Assembly (NCBI GenBank): GCA_964016885.1
Contig: OZ024759.1
Location: forward strand, 19,654,001-19,718,000
DNA length: 64,000 nucleotides
From: Eledone cirrhosa
Lineage: Eukaryota
Direction: 5' to 3'
How positions within the stretch are numbered: the first letter of the stretch is position 1; the number at the start of each line of letters is the position of its first letter. Below are positions 38,931-51,392 of the stretch, piece after piece. The notes beneath the pieces were generated by a model. The model searched no databases. It was not told where the DNA came from and was given only the letters and a program-made list of their open reading frames with translations. Both the position numbers and the translations under genes were made by a program.

Positions 38931-39431
38931 TATATTGTGTGTGTGTGTGTGTGTGTATGTATAATACCTAATGTCAAAACAGTCAACCATATTCAAATTA
39001 TTTTAAACTATTTCATTGAATTCCTAAAAAGCATCAAATAACAGATTCCTCTGATATTTTTTATCTTATTTTTTAATTGTCTAATAAATTACTTCAATAA
39101 TTAAATTTTTTAATCTCGATAAAAATTTGTAAAAAACAAAATATATATAAATTGAAACAAAATGAAAACGAAATTTCATTTCTCACTCTTAGTATGGCAC
39201 TTACTTAAATCTAAGTATGCATGTATACGTACATACATATATGTATACAGACGTACAGTAGCATGCACATATATATATATATATACATATATACATACAT
39301 ATGCATACAGGTACACATACATATATGCACGTATCAGTTTAGCGGCGCTAACGTCGCTTTGTTCGTTTGTAAACAAACTGAACAGCCTGAATTTATGCCA
39401 TACGGTGTTAAGGCAACCACGTCACCTTTTT

Positions 39432-41382
39432 GTTCAACACTGACACAGGAACGATGTACTAGTTTCAAGCTTGTTAGCTATCATCAGCACCGTTTACCCA
39501 TCTGCCAGATAGTTGAACGTTCGAAAGTATATACTTTCCTTATGAAAATTAACGGCTGAGCAGCCTAATTTGCATATTGAGTGAGTTAAATCGGTCAGGC
39601 ATACCGAAAACGATAAATTGAAACAAAATGAAAACGAAATTTCATTTCTCACTCTTAGTATGGCACTTACTTAAATCTAAGTATGCATGTATACGTACAT
39701 ACATATATGTATACAGACGTACAGTAGCATGCACATATATATATATATATACATATATACATACATATGCATACAGGTACACATACATATATGCACGTAT
39801 CAGTTTAGCGGCGCTAACGTCGCTTTGTTCGTTTGTAAACAAACTGAACAGCCTGAATTTATGCCATACGGTGTTAAGGCAACCACGTCACCTTTTTGTT
39901 CAACACTGACACAGGAACGATGTACTAGTTTCAAGCTTGTTAGCTATCATCAGCACCGTTTACCCATCTGCCAGATAGTTGAACGTTCGAAAGTATATAC
40001 TTTCCTTATGAAAATTAACGGCTGAGCAGCCTAATTTGCATATTGAGTGAGTTAAATCGGTCAGGCATACCGAAAACGATAAATTGAAACAAAATGAAAA
40101 CGAAATTTCATTTCTCACTCTTAGTATGGCACTTACTTAAATCTAAGTATGCATGTATACGTACATACATATATGTATACAGACGTACAGTAGCATGCAC
40201 ATATATATATATATATACATATATACATACATATGCATACAGGTACACATACATATATGCACGTATCAGTTTAGCGGCGCTAACGTCGCTTTGTTCGTTT
40301 GTAAACAAACTGAACAGCCTGAATTTATGCCATACGGTGTTAAGGCAACCACGTCACCTTTTTGTTCAACACTGACACAGGAACGATGTACTAGTTTCAA
40401 GCTTGTTAGCTATCATCAGCACCGTTTACCCATCTGCCAGATAGTTGAACGTTCGAAAGTATATACTTTCCTTATGAAAATTAACGGCTGAGCAGCCTAA
40501 TTTGCATATTGAGTGAGTTAAATCGGTCAGGCATACCGAAAACGATAAATTGAAACAAAATGAAAACGAAATTTCATTTCTCACTCTTAGTATGGCACTT
40601 ACTTAAATCTAAGTATGCATGTATACGTACATACATATATGTATACAGACGTACAGTAGCATGCACATATATATATATATATACATATATACATACATAT
40701 GCATACAGGTACACATACATATATGCACGTATCAGTTTAGCGGCGCTAACGTCGCTTTGTTCGTTTGTAAACAAACTGAACAGCCTGAATTTATGCCATA
40801 CGGTGTTAAGGCAACCACGTCACCTTTTTGTTCAACACTGACACAGGAACGATGTACTAGTTTCAAGCTTGTTAGCTATCATCAGCACCGTTTACCCATC
40901 TGCCAGATAGTTGAACGTTCGAAAGTATATACTTTCCTTATGAAAATTAACGGCTGAGCAGCCTAATTTGCATATTGAGTGAGTTAAATCGGTCAGGCAT
41001 ACCGAAAACGATAAATTGAAACAAAATGAAAACGAAATTTCATTTCTCACTCTTAGTATGGCACTTACTTAAATCTAAGTATGCATGTATACGTACATAC
41101 ATATATGTATACAGACGTACAGTAGCATGCACATATATATATATATATACATATATACATACATATGCATACAGGTACACATACATATATGCACGTATCA
41201 GTTTAGCGGCGCTAACGTCGCTTTGTTCGTTTGTAAACAAACTGAACAGCCTGAATTTATGCCATACGGTGTTAAGGCAACCACGTCACCTTTTTGTTCA
41301 ACACTGACACAGGAACGATGTACTAGTTTCAAGCTTGTTAGCTATCATCAGCACCGTTTACCCATCTGCCAGATAGTTGAAC
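39432..41382 (-). ncRNA. Five type I hammerhead ribozymes, left arm (first at 39432-39518, then every 466 bp)
   Basis: TCATCAG at 39481, 39947, 40413, 40879 and 41345; exact reverse complement of the right-arm motif. Confidence 0.8.
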
Positions 41383-42029
41383 GTTCGAAAGTATATACTT
41401 TCCTTATGAAAATTAACGGCTGAGCAGCCTAATTTGCATATTGAGTGAGTTAAATCGGTCAGGCATACCGAAAACGATAAATTGAAACAAAATGAAAACG
41501 AAATTTCATTTCTCACTCTTAGTATGGCACTTACTTAAATCTAAGTATGCATGTATACGTACATACATATATGTATACAGACGTACAGTAGCATGCACAT
41601 ATATATATATATATACATATATACATACATATGCATACAGGTACACATACATATATGCACGTATCAGTTTAGCGGCGCTAACGTCGCTTTGTTCGTTTGT
41701 AAACAAACTGAACAGCCTGAATTTATGCCATACGGTGTTAAGGCAACCACGTCACCTTTTTGTATGTGTACCTGTATGCATATGTATGTATATATGTATA
41801 TATATATATATATGTGCATGCTACTGTACGTCTGTATACATATATGTATGTACGTATACATGCATACTTAGATTTAAGTAAGTGCCATACTAAGAGTGAG
41901 AAATGAAATTTCGTTTTCATTTTGTTTCAATTTATCGTTTTCGGTATGCCTGACCGATTTAACTCACTCAATATGCAAATTAGGCTGCTCAGCCGTTAAT
42001 TTTCATAAGGAAAGTATATACTTTCGAAC

Positions 42030-45000
42030 GTTCAACTATCTGGCAGATGGGTAAACGGTGCTGATGATAGCTAACAAGCTTGAAACTAGTACATCGTTCC
42101 TGTGTCAGTGTTGAACAAAAAGGTGACGTGGTTGCCTTAACACCGTATGGCATAAATTCAGGCTGTTCAGTTTGTTTACAAACGAACAAAGCGACGTTAG
42201 CGCCGCTAAACTGATACGTGCATATATGTATGTGTACCTGTATGCATATGTATGTATATATGTATATATATATATATATGTGCATGCTACTGTACGTCTG
42301 TATACATATATGTATGTACGTATACATGCATACTTAGATTTAAGTAAGTGCCATACTAAGAGTGAGAAATGAAATTTCGTTTTCATTTTGTTTCAATTTA
42401 TCGTTTTCGGTATGCCTGACCGATTTAACTCACTCAATATGCAAATTAGGCTGCTCAGCCGTTAATTTTCATAAGGAAAGTATATACTTTCGAACGTTCA
42501 ACTATCTGGCAGATGGGTAAACGGTGCTGATGATAGCTAACAAGCTTGAAACTAGTACATCGTTCCTGTGTCAGTGTTGAACAAAAAGGTGACGTGGTTG
42601 CCTTAACACCGTATGGCATAAATTCAGGCTGTTCAGTTTGTTTACAAACGAACAAAGCGACGTTAGCGCCGCTAAACTGATACGTGCATATATGTATGTG
42701 TACCTGTATGCATATGTATGTATATATGTATATATATATATATATGTGCATGCTACTGTACGTCTGTATACATATATGTATGTACGTATACATGCATACT
42801 TAGATTTAAGTAAGTGCCATACTAAGAGTGAGAAATGAAATTTCGTTTTCATTTTGTTTCAATTTATCGTTTTCGGTATGCCTGACCGATTTAACTCACT
42901 CAATATGCAAATTAGGCTGCTCAGCCGTTAATTTTCATAAGGAAAGTATATACTTTCGAACGTTCAACTATCTGGCAGATGGGTAAACGGTGCTGATGAT
43001 AGCTAACAAGCTTGAAACTAGTACATCGTTCCTGTGTCAGTGTTGAACAAAAAGGTGACGTGGTTGCCTTAACACCGTATGGCATAAATTCAGGCTGTTC
43101 AGTTTGTTTACAAACGAACAAAGCGACGTTAGCGCCGCTAAACTGATACGTGCATATATGTATGTGTACCTGTATGCATATGTATGTATATATGTATATA
43201 TATATATATATGTGCATGCTACTGTACGTCTGTATACATATATGTATGTACGTATACATGCATACTTAGATTTAAGTAAGTGCCATACTAAGAGTGAGAA
43301 ATGAAATTTCGTTTTCATTTTGTTTCAATTTATCGTTTTCGGTATGCCTGACCGATTTAACTCACTCAATATGCAAATTAGGCTGCTCAGCCGTTAATTT
43401 TCATAAGGAAAGTATATACTTTCGAACGTTCAACTATCTGGCAGATGGGTAAACGGTGCTGATGATAGCTAACAAGCTTGAAACTAGTACATCGTTCCTG
43501 TGTCAGTGTTGAACAAAAAGGTGACGTGGTTGCCTTAACACCGTATGGCATAAATTCAGGCTGTTCAGTTTGTTTACAAACGAACAAAGCGACGTTAGCG
43601 CCGCTAAACTGATACGTGCATATATGTATGTGTACCTGTATGCATATGTATGTATATATGTATATATATATATATATGTGCATGCTACTGTACGTCTGTA
43701 TACATATATGTATGTACGTATACATGCATACTTAGATTTAAGTAAGTGCCATACTAAGAGTGAGAAATGAAATTTCGTTTTCATTTTGTTTCAATTTATC
43801 GTTTTCGGTATGCCTGACCGATTTAACTCACTCAATATGCAAATTAGGCTGCTCAGCCGTTAATTTTCATAAGGAAAGTATATACTTTCGAACGTTCAAC
43901 TATCTGGCAGATGGGTAAACGGTGCTGATGATAGCTAACAAGCTTGAAACTAGTACATCGTTCCTGTGTCAGTGTTGAACAAAAAGGTGACGTGGTTGCC
44001 TTAACACCGTATGGCATAAATTCAGGCTGTTCAGTTTGTTTACAAACGAACAAAGCGACGTTAGCGCCGCTAAACTGATACGTGCATATATGTATGTGTA
44101 CCTGTATGCATATGTATGTATATATGTATATATATATATATATGTGCATGCTACTGTACGTCTGTATACATATATGTATGTACGTATACATGCATACTTA
44201 GATTTAAGTAAGTGCCATACTAAGAGTGAGAAATGAAATTTCGTTTTCATTTTGTTTCAATTTATCGTTTTCGGTATGCCTGACCGATTTAACTCACTCA
44301 ATATGCAAATTAGGCTGCTCAGCCGTTAATTTTCATAAGGAAAGTATATACTTTCGAACGTTCAACTATCTGGCAGATGGGTAAACGGTGCTGATGATAG
44401 CTAACAAGCTTGAAACTAGTACATCGTTCCTGTGTCAGTGTTGAACAAAAAGGTGACGTGGTTGCCTTAACACCGTATGGCATAAATTCAGGCTGTTCAG
44501 TTTGTTTACAAACGAACAAAGCGACGTTAGCGCCGCTAAACTGATACGTGCATATATGTATGTGTACCTGTATGCATATGTATGTATATATGTATATATA
44601 TATATATATGTGCATGCTACTGTACGTCTGTATACATATATGTATGTACGTATACATGCATACTTAGATTTAAGTAAGTGCCATACTAAGAGTGAGAAAT
44701 GAAATTTCGTTTTCATTTTGTTTCAATTTATCGTTTTCGGTATGCCTGACCGATTTAACTCACTCAATATGCAAATTAGGCTGCTCAGCCGTTAATTTTC
44801 ATAAGGAAAGTATATACTTTCGAACGTTCAACTATCTGGCAGATGGGTAAACGGTGCTGATGATAGCTAACAAGCTTGAAACTAGTACATCGTTCCTGTG
44901 TCAGTGTTGAACAAAAAGGTGACGTGGTTGCCTTAACACCGTATGGCATAAATTCAGGCTGTTCAGTTTGTTTACAAACGAACAAAGCGACGTTAGCGCC

Positions 45001-46776
45001 GCTAAACTGATACGTGCATATATGTATGTGTACCTGTATGCATATGTATGTATATATGTATATATATATATATATGTGCATGCTACTGTACGTCTGTATA
45101 CATATATGTATGTACGTATACATGCATACTTAGATTTAAGTAAGTGCCATACTAAGAGTGAGAAATGAAATTTCGTTTTCATTTTGTTTCAATTTATCGT
45201 TTTCGGTATGCCTGACCGATTTAACTCACTCAATATGCAAATTAGGCTGCTCAGCCGTTAATTTTCATAAGGAAAGTATATACTTTCGAACGTTCAACTA
45301 TCTGGCAGATGGGTAAACGGTGCTGATGATAGCTAACAAGCTTGAAACTAGTACATCGTTCCTGTGTCAGTGTTGAACAAAAAGGTGACGTGGTTGCCTT
45401 AACACCGTATGGCATAAATTCAGGCTGTTCAGTTTGTTTACAAACGAACAAAGCGACGTTAGCGCCGCTAAACTGATACGTGCATATATGTATGTGTACC
45501 TGTATGCATATGTATGTATATATGTATATATATATATATATGTGCATGCTACTGTACGTCTGTATACATATATGTATGTACGTATACATGCATACTTAGA
45601 TTTAAGTAAGTGCCATACTAAGAGTGAGAAATGAAATTTCGTTTTCATTTTGTTTCAATTTATCGTTTTCGGTATGCCTGACCGATTTAACTCACTCAAT
45701 ATGCAAATTAGGCTGCTCAGCCGTTAATTTTCATAAGGAAAGTATATACTTTCGAACGTTCAACTATCTGGCAGATGGGTAAACGGTGCTGATGATAGCT
45801 AACAAGCTTGAAACTAGTACATCGTTCCTGTGTCAGTGTTGAACAAAAAGGTGACGTGGTTGCCTTAACACCGTATGGCATAAATTCAGGCTGTTCAGTT
45901 TGTTTACAAACGAACAAAGCGACGTTAGCGCCGCTAAACTGATACGTGCATATATGTATGTGTACCTGTATGCATATGTATGTATATATGTATATATATA
46001 TATATATGTGCATGCTACTGTACGTCTGTATACATATATGTATGTACGTATACATGCATACTTAGATTTAAGTAAGTGCCATACTAAGAGTGAGAAATGA
46101 AATTTCGTTTTCATTTTGTTTCAATTTATCGTTTTCGGTATGCCTGACCGATTTAACTCACTCAATATGCAAATTAGGCTGCTCAGCCGTTAATTTTCAT
46201 AAGGAAAGTATATACTTTCGAACGTTCAACTATCTGGCAGATGGGTAAACGGTGCTGATGATAGCTAACAAGCTTGAAACTAGTACATCGTTCCTGTGTC
46301 AGTGTTGAACAAAAAGGTGACGTGGTTGCCTTAACACCGTATGGCATAAATTCAGGCTGTTCAGTTTGTTTACAAACGAACAAAGCGACGTTAGCGCCGC
46401 TAAACTGATACGTGCATATATGTATGTGTACCTGTATGCATATGTATGTATATATGTATATATATATATATATGTGCATGCTACTGTACGTCTGTATACA
46501 TATATGTATGTACGTATACATGCATACTTAGATTTAAGTAAGTGCCATACTAAGAGTGAGAAATGAAATTTCGTTTTCATTTTGTTTCAATTTATCGTTT
46601 TCGGTATGCCTGACCGATTTAACTCACTCAATATGCAAATTAGGCTGCTCAGCCGTTAATTTTCATAAGGAAAGTATATACTTTCGAACGTTCAACTATC
46701 TGGCAGATGGGTAAACGGTGCTGATGATAGCTAACAAGCTTGAAACTAGTACATCGTTCCTGTGTCAGTGTTGAAC
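42030..46776 (+). ncRNA. Eleven type I hammerhead ribozymes, right arm (first at 42030-42116, then every 466 bp)
   Basis: AACGGUG-CUGAUGA-UAGCU-AACA-AGCUU-GAAA-CUAG-UA^CAUCGUU. Stem I is 7 bp, extended by CUGGCA/UGUCAG and GUUCAAC/GUUGAAC. CTGATGA at 42061+466n up to 46721. Confidence 0.8.
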
Positions 46777-47069
46777 AAAAAGGTGACGTGGTTGCCTTAA
46801 CACCGTATGGCATAAATTCAGGCTGTTCAGTTTGTTTACAAACGAACAAAGCGACGTTAGCGCCGCTAAACTGATACGTGCATATATGTATGTGTACCTG
46901 TATGCATATGTATGTATATATGTATATATATATATATATGTGCATGCTACTGTACGTCTGTATACATATATGTATGTACGTATACATGCATACTTAAAAT
47001 ATATATATATTGTTAGTTACCAATGGAATGGTGAACTAATCTTACCTTGTTGTTATTGATATCAGTGTG

Positions 47070-47750
47070 TTTGATGATGATAGTGATGGTGGTTGTGGTA
47101 GTAGTGGTGGTGGTGGTAGTGGTGGAGTTGCTAATGTTGGATGTAATTTTTGTTGGTGGTGGTGGTAGTTGTTGATGATGGTGGCGTTGGTGGTGGTGGT
47201 GGTGGGTAGCTGGTGGTGGTTGGTTGGTGGTTGTTGTTGATGGTGGTGGTAGTTGTTGTTGTGGTGGTGGTGGTAGTTGTTGTTGTGGTGGTGCTGGTGG
47301 TAGTTGTTGTTGTTGTGGTGGTAGTTGTTGTTGTTGTGGTGGTAGTTGTTGTTGTGGTGGTGGTGGTAGTTGTGGTGGTGGTAGTTGTTGTGGTGGTGGT
47401 GGTAGTTGTGGTAGTGGTGGTGGTGGTGGTAGTTGTTGATGATGGTGGCGTTGGTGGTGGTGGTGGTGGGTAGCTGGTGGTGGTTGGTTGGTGGTTGTTG
47501 TTGATGGTGGTGGTAGTTGTTGTTGTGGTGGGGTGGTGGTGGTAGTTGTTGTTGTGGTGTTGCTGGTGGTTGTTGTTATTGTTGTGGTGGTGGTAGTTGT
47601 GGTGGTGGTGGTAGTTGTTGTTCTGGTGGTGGTAGTTGTGGTGGTGGTAGTTGTGGTGGTGGTGGTGGTGGTGGTGGTGGTAGTTGTGGTGGTGGTGGTG
47701 GTGATGGTAATAGTAGTGATGGTGGCAATGGTGGTGTTGATGGTGATGTC
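47070..47750. repeat. (GGT/TGT/AGT)n trinucleotide field
   Basis: Direct inspection. Confidence 0.9.
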
Positions 47751-48309
47751 ATCATCACAGAACATCACTGATTATTTCCAACTACTTCACAATCTAACTG
47801 CCACTAACCCAGTCTCTGCTCCAGTTTGGGCCAAGGAGGGTAAACTCTCCAAATATAGGTTGGTCGCTCTCCAACAAGTTTGCCATTGGGCCTGCAGCAA
47901 GTAGAGACTTCTGTTGTCCTTGGCCCCTAGGACCACCTCCCTACTCATCCCCATAGGTGCACAGCTGGCTAGCTGCAGGGGTGAGCCTCGCTAGCTGGAA
48001 TGATTCTTCCAAAGCATCTCCCTCACCATCCTCTGGGGAAACGGCTTCGCTGTTCTGTCTACCAGGGCCGTTGGGGTAGCCAGCACACGGGACCCCATTT
48101 GCTCATAATAGTGTGAGATGGGGGAGAGCGAGAGAGAGCGAGAGACGATGACAGTGGGTATCTGTTTCCTCTGTGTTCGGTCCTAGTGTACGTGTGTGAT
48201 TGATTTAATAGTTTTTTGGGGGTTTTTCAATTTTGGGGGCTTTTCAATTAACTGTAATAGATGTGTTTGTCCACACACATGCTACAATGTGACTAAATAG
48301 TTGTGAACT

Positions 48310-50215
48310 AGTAGAGAGATAGTAATGTTGGTGTTGGCTGTACTGGGAGTTGAACTCAGAAGAGTGAGATAACCAGGCTATATACCACACAGTAGAGACA
48401 GTAATGTTGGTGTTGGTTGTACTGGGAGTTGAACTCATGACAGTGAGATAACCAGGCTATATACAACACAGTAGTGATAGTAATGTTGGTGTTGGCTGTA
48501 CTGGGAGTTGAACTCAGAAGAGTGAGATAACCAGGCTATATACCACACAGTAGAGACAGTAATGTTGGTGTTGGTTGTACTGGGAGTTGAACTCATGACA
48601 GTGAGATAACCAGGCTATATACAACACAGTAGTGATAGTAATGTTGGCGTTGGCTGTACTGGGAGTTGAACTCAGAAGAGTGAGATAACCAGGCTATATA
48701 CCACACAGTAGAGACAGTAATGTTGGTGTTGGTTGTACTGGGAGTTGAACTCATGACAGTGAGATAACCAGGCTATATACAACACAGTAGTGATAGTAAT
48801 GTTGGTGTTGGCTGTACTGGGAGTTGAACTCAGAAGAGTGAGATAACCAGGCTATATACCACACAGTAGAGACAGTAATGTTGGTGTTGGTTGTACTGGG
48901 AGTTGAACTCATGACAGTGAGATAACCAGGCTATATACAACACAGTAGTGATAGTAATGTTGGTGTTGGCTGTACTGGGAGTTGAACTCAGAAGAGTGAG
49001 ATAACCAGGCTATATACCACACAGTAGAGACAGTAATGTTGGTGTTGGCTGTACTGGGAGTTGAACTCAGAAGAGTGAGATAACCAGGCTATATACAACA
49101 CAGTAGAGACAGTAATGTTGGTGTTGGCTGTACTGGGAGTTGAACTCAGAAGAGTGAGATAACCAGGCTATATACCACACAGTAGAGACAGTAATGTTGG
49201 TGTTGGTTGTACTGGGAGTTGAACTCATGACAGTGAGATAACCAGGCTATATACAACACAGTAGTGATAGTAATGTTGGTGTTGGCTGTACTGGGAGTTG
49301 AACTCAGAAGAGTGAGATAACCAGGCTATATACCACACAGTAGAGACAGTAATGTTGGTGTTGGTTGTACTGGGAGTTGAACTCATGACAGTGAGATAAC
49401 CAGGCTATATACAACACAGTAGTGATAGTAATGTTGGTGTTGGCTTTACTGGGAGTTGAACTCACGACAGTGAGATAACCAGGCTATATACAACACAGTA
49501 GAGACAGTAATGTTGGTGTTGGCTGTACTGGGAGTTGAACTCAGAAGAGTGAGATAACCAGGCTATATACCACACAGTAGAGACAGTAATGTTGGTGTTG
49601 GTTGTACTGGGAATTGAACTCACGACAGTGAGATAACCAGGCTATATACAACACAGCAGAGAGACAGTAATGTTGGTGCTGGCTTTACTGGGAGTTGAAC
49701 TCCCAACAGTGAGATAACCAGGCTATATACCACACAGCAGAGAGACAGTAATGTTGGTGCTGGCTTTACTGGGAGTTGAACTCCCAACAGTGAGATAACC
49801 AGGCTATATACCACACAGTAGAGGTAGTAATGTTGGTGTTGGCTTTACTGGGAGTTGAACTCCCAACAGTGAGATAACCAGGCTATATACCACACAGTAG
49901 AGACAGTAATGTTGGTGCTGGCTTTACTGGGAGTTGAACTCCCAACAGTGAGATAACCAGGCTATATACCACACAATAGAGGTAGTAATGTTGGTGTTGG
50001 CTGTATTGTCGAAATCCCAACAGTGAGATAACTAGGCTATATACCACACAGTAGAGAGACAGTAATGTTGGTGTTGTCTGTACTGGGAGTTGAACTCCCA
50101 AACTTGAGATAACCAGGCTATACAGAACACAGTAGAGGTAGTAATGTTGGTGTTGGTTGTACTGGGAGTTGAACTCCCAACAGTGCCATTATAATCAGGC
50201 TATATACCACACAGT
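48310..50215. repeat. 79-bp minisatellite (~24 units) with alternating A/B variants
   Basis: AGTAGAGACAGTAATGTTGGTGTTGGYTGTACTGGGAGTTGAACTC...ACCAGGCTATATAC; units at 48391, 48470 and onward. Confidence 0.9.
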
Positions 50216-50334
50216 GTTGACAGTGAGATGGTGTACAATCCCCAGAATATATCTAATTAACAGAGAGACATCTTTTAATTAGAGCTGTCTTAATTAATTA
50301 TTACATTTATTATATATACTGTATACACACATTC

Positions 50335-50697
50335 ACACTCACACACACATATATATATATATACACACATAACAACTTACACACTGATATATATAGATAT
50401 ATGTATGTATATTTATGTATATATATATATATGTATATATATGCATATATATATATATGTATGCATATGTGTATATATGTATATATATGTGTGTATATAC
50501 ATATGGATAAATATATATGTATATATATGTGTATATATATATGTGTGTATATATATGTGTATATATATGTATATATATATGTGTATGTGTATATATATAT
50601 GTATATATATGTGTATGTATATATATATATATGTATATATATGTATGAATATATATATATGTATGTGTGTATGTATTTATGTGTATATATATATGTG

Positions 50698-50760
<63 letters not shown>

Positions 50761-50964
50761 ATGTATATATATGTGTATATGTATAAATATGTGTATATAT
50801 ATATATATGTGTACTAATATACACACACTATTTACACACATACACAACATTCACACACACACACACACACACATATACATATCTTATATACATAGCATTC
50901 ACACATGCACACACACACAGTTTAGTGTATAGTCATGTATATATGTGTGTGTGAGTGTATGTAC

Positions 50965-50995
<31 letters not shown>

Positions 50996-51217
50996 AGTGT
51001 ATGTACATATATATATATGTGTGTGTGAGTGTATGTACATATATATATATATATATGTGAGTGTGTGTACATATATATATATGTGTGTGTGTGTGAGTGT
51101 ATGTACATATATATATATATATGTGAGTGTGTGTGAGTGTATGTACATATATATATATATATATATGTGTGTGTGAGTGTATGTACATATATATATATAT
51201 ATGTGTGTGTGAGTGTA

Positions 51218-51298
<81 letters not shown>

Positions 51299-51360
51299 AT
51301 GTACATATATATATATGTGTGTGTGAGTGTATGTACATATATATATATATATATGTGTAC

Positions 51361-51392
<32 letters not shown>

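Larger units (their letters stand above)
39147..46996. mobile_element. Retrozyme-like array: 466-bp hammerhead-bearing units in two divergent arms
   Basis: Identical ORF-track peptides every 466 bp; left arm 39147-41763 (5.6 units), right arm 41761-46996 (11.2 units, inverted); one hammerhead per complete unit. Confidence 0.85.

Noticed and set aside
39162-46987. Repeated 93-, 112- and 66-aa ORFs in the array as a tandem gene family
   Set aside because: They cross the TA/CA microsatellite (YIYI tracts), overlap on both strands and show no domain-like composition; the RNA structure explains the unit better.
39147-50215. Tandem arrays as CRISPR arrays
   Set aside because: No unique spacers between repeats, no cas genes, and a eukaryotic context.
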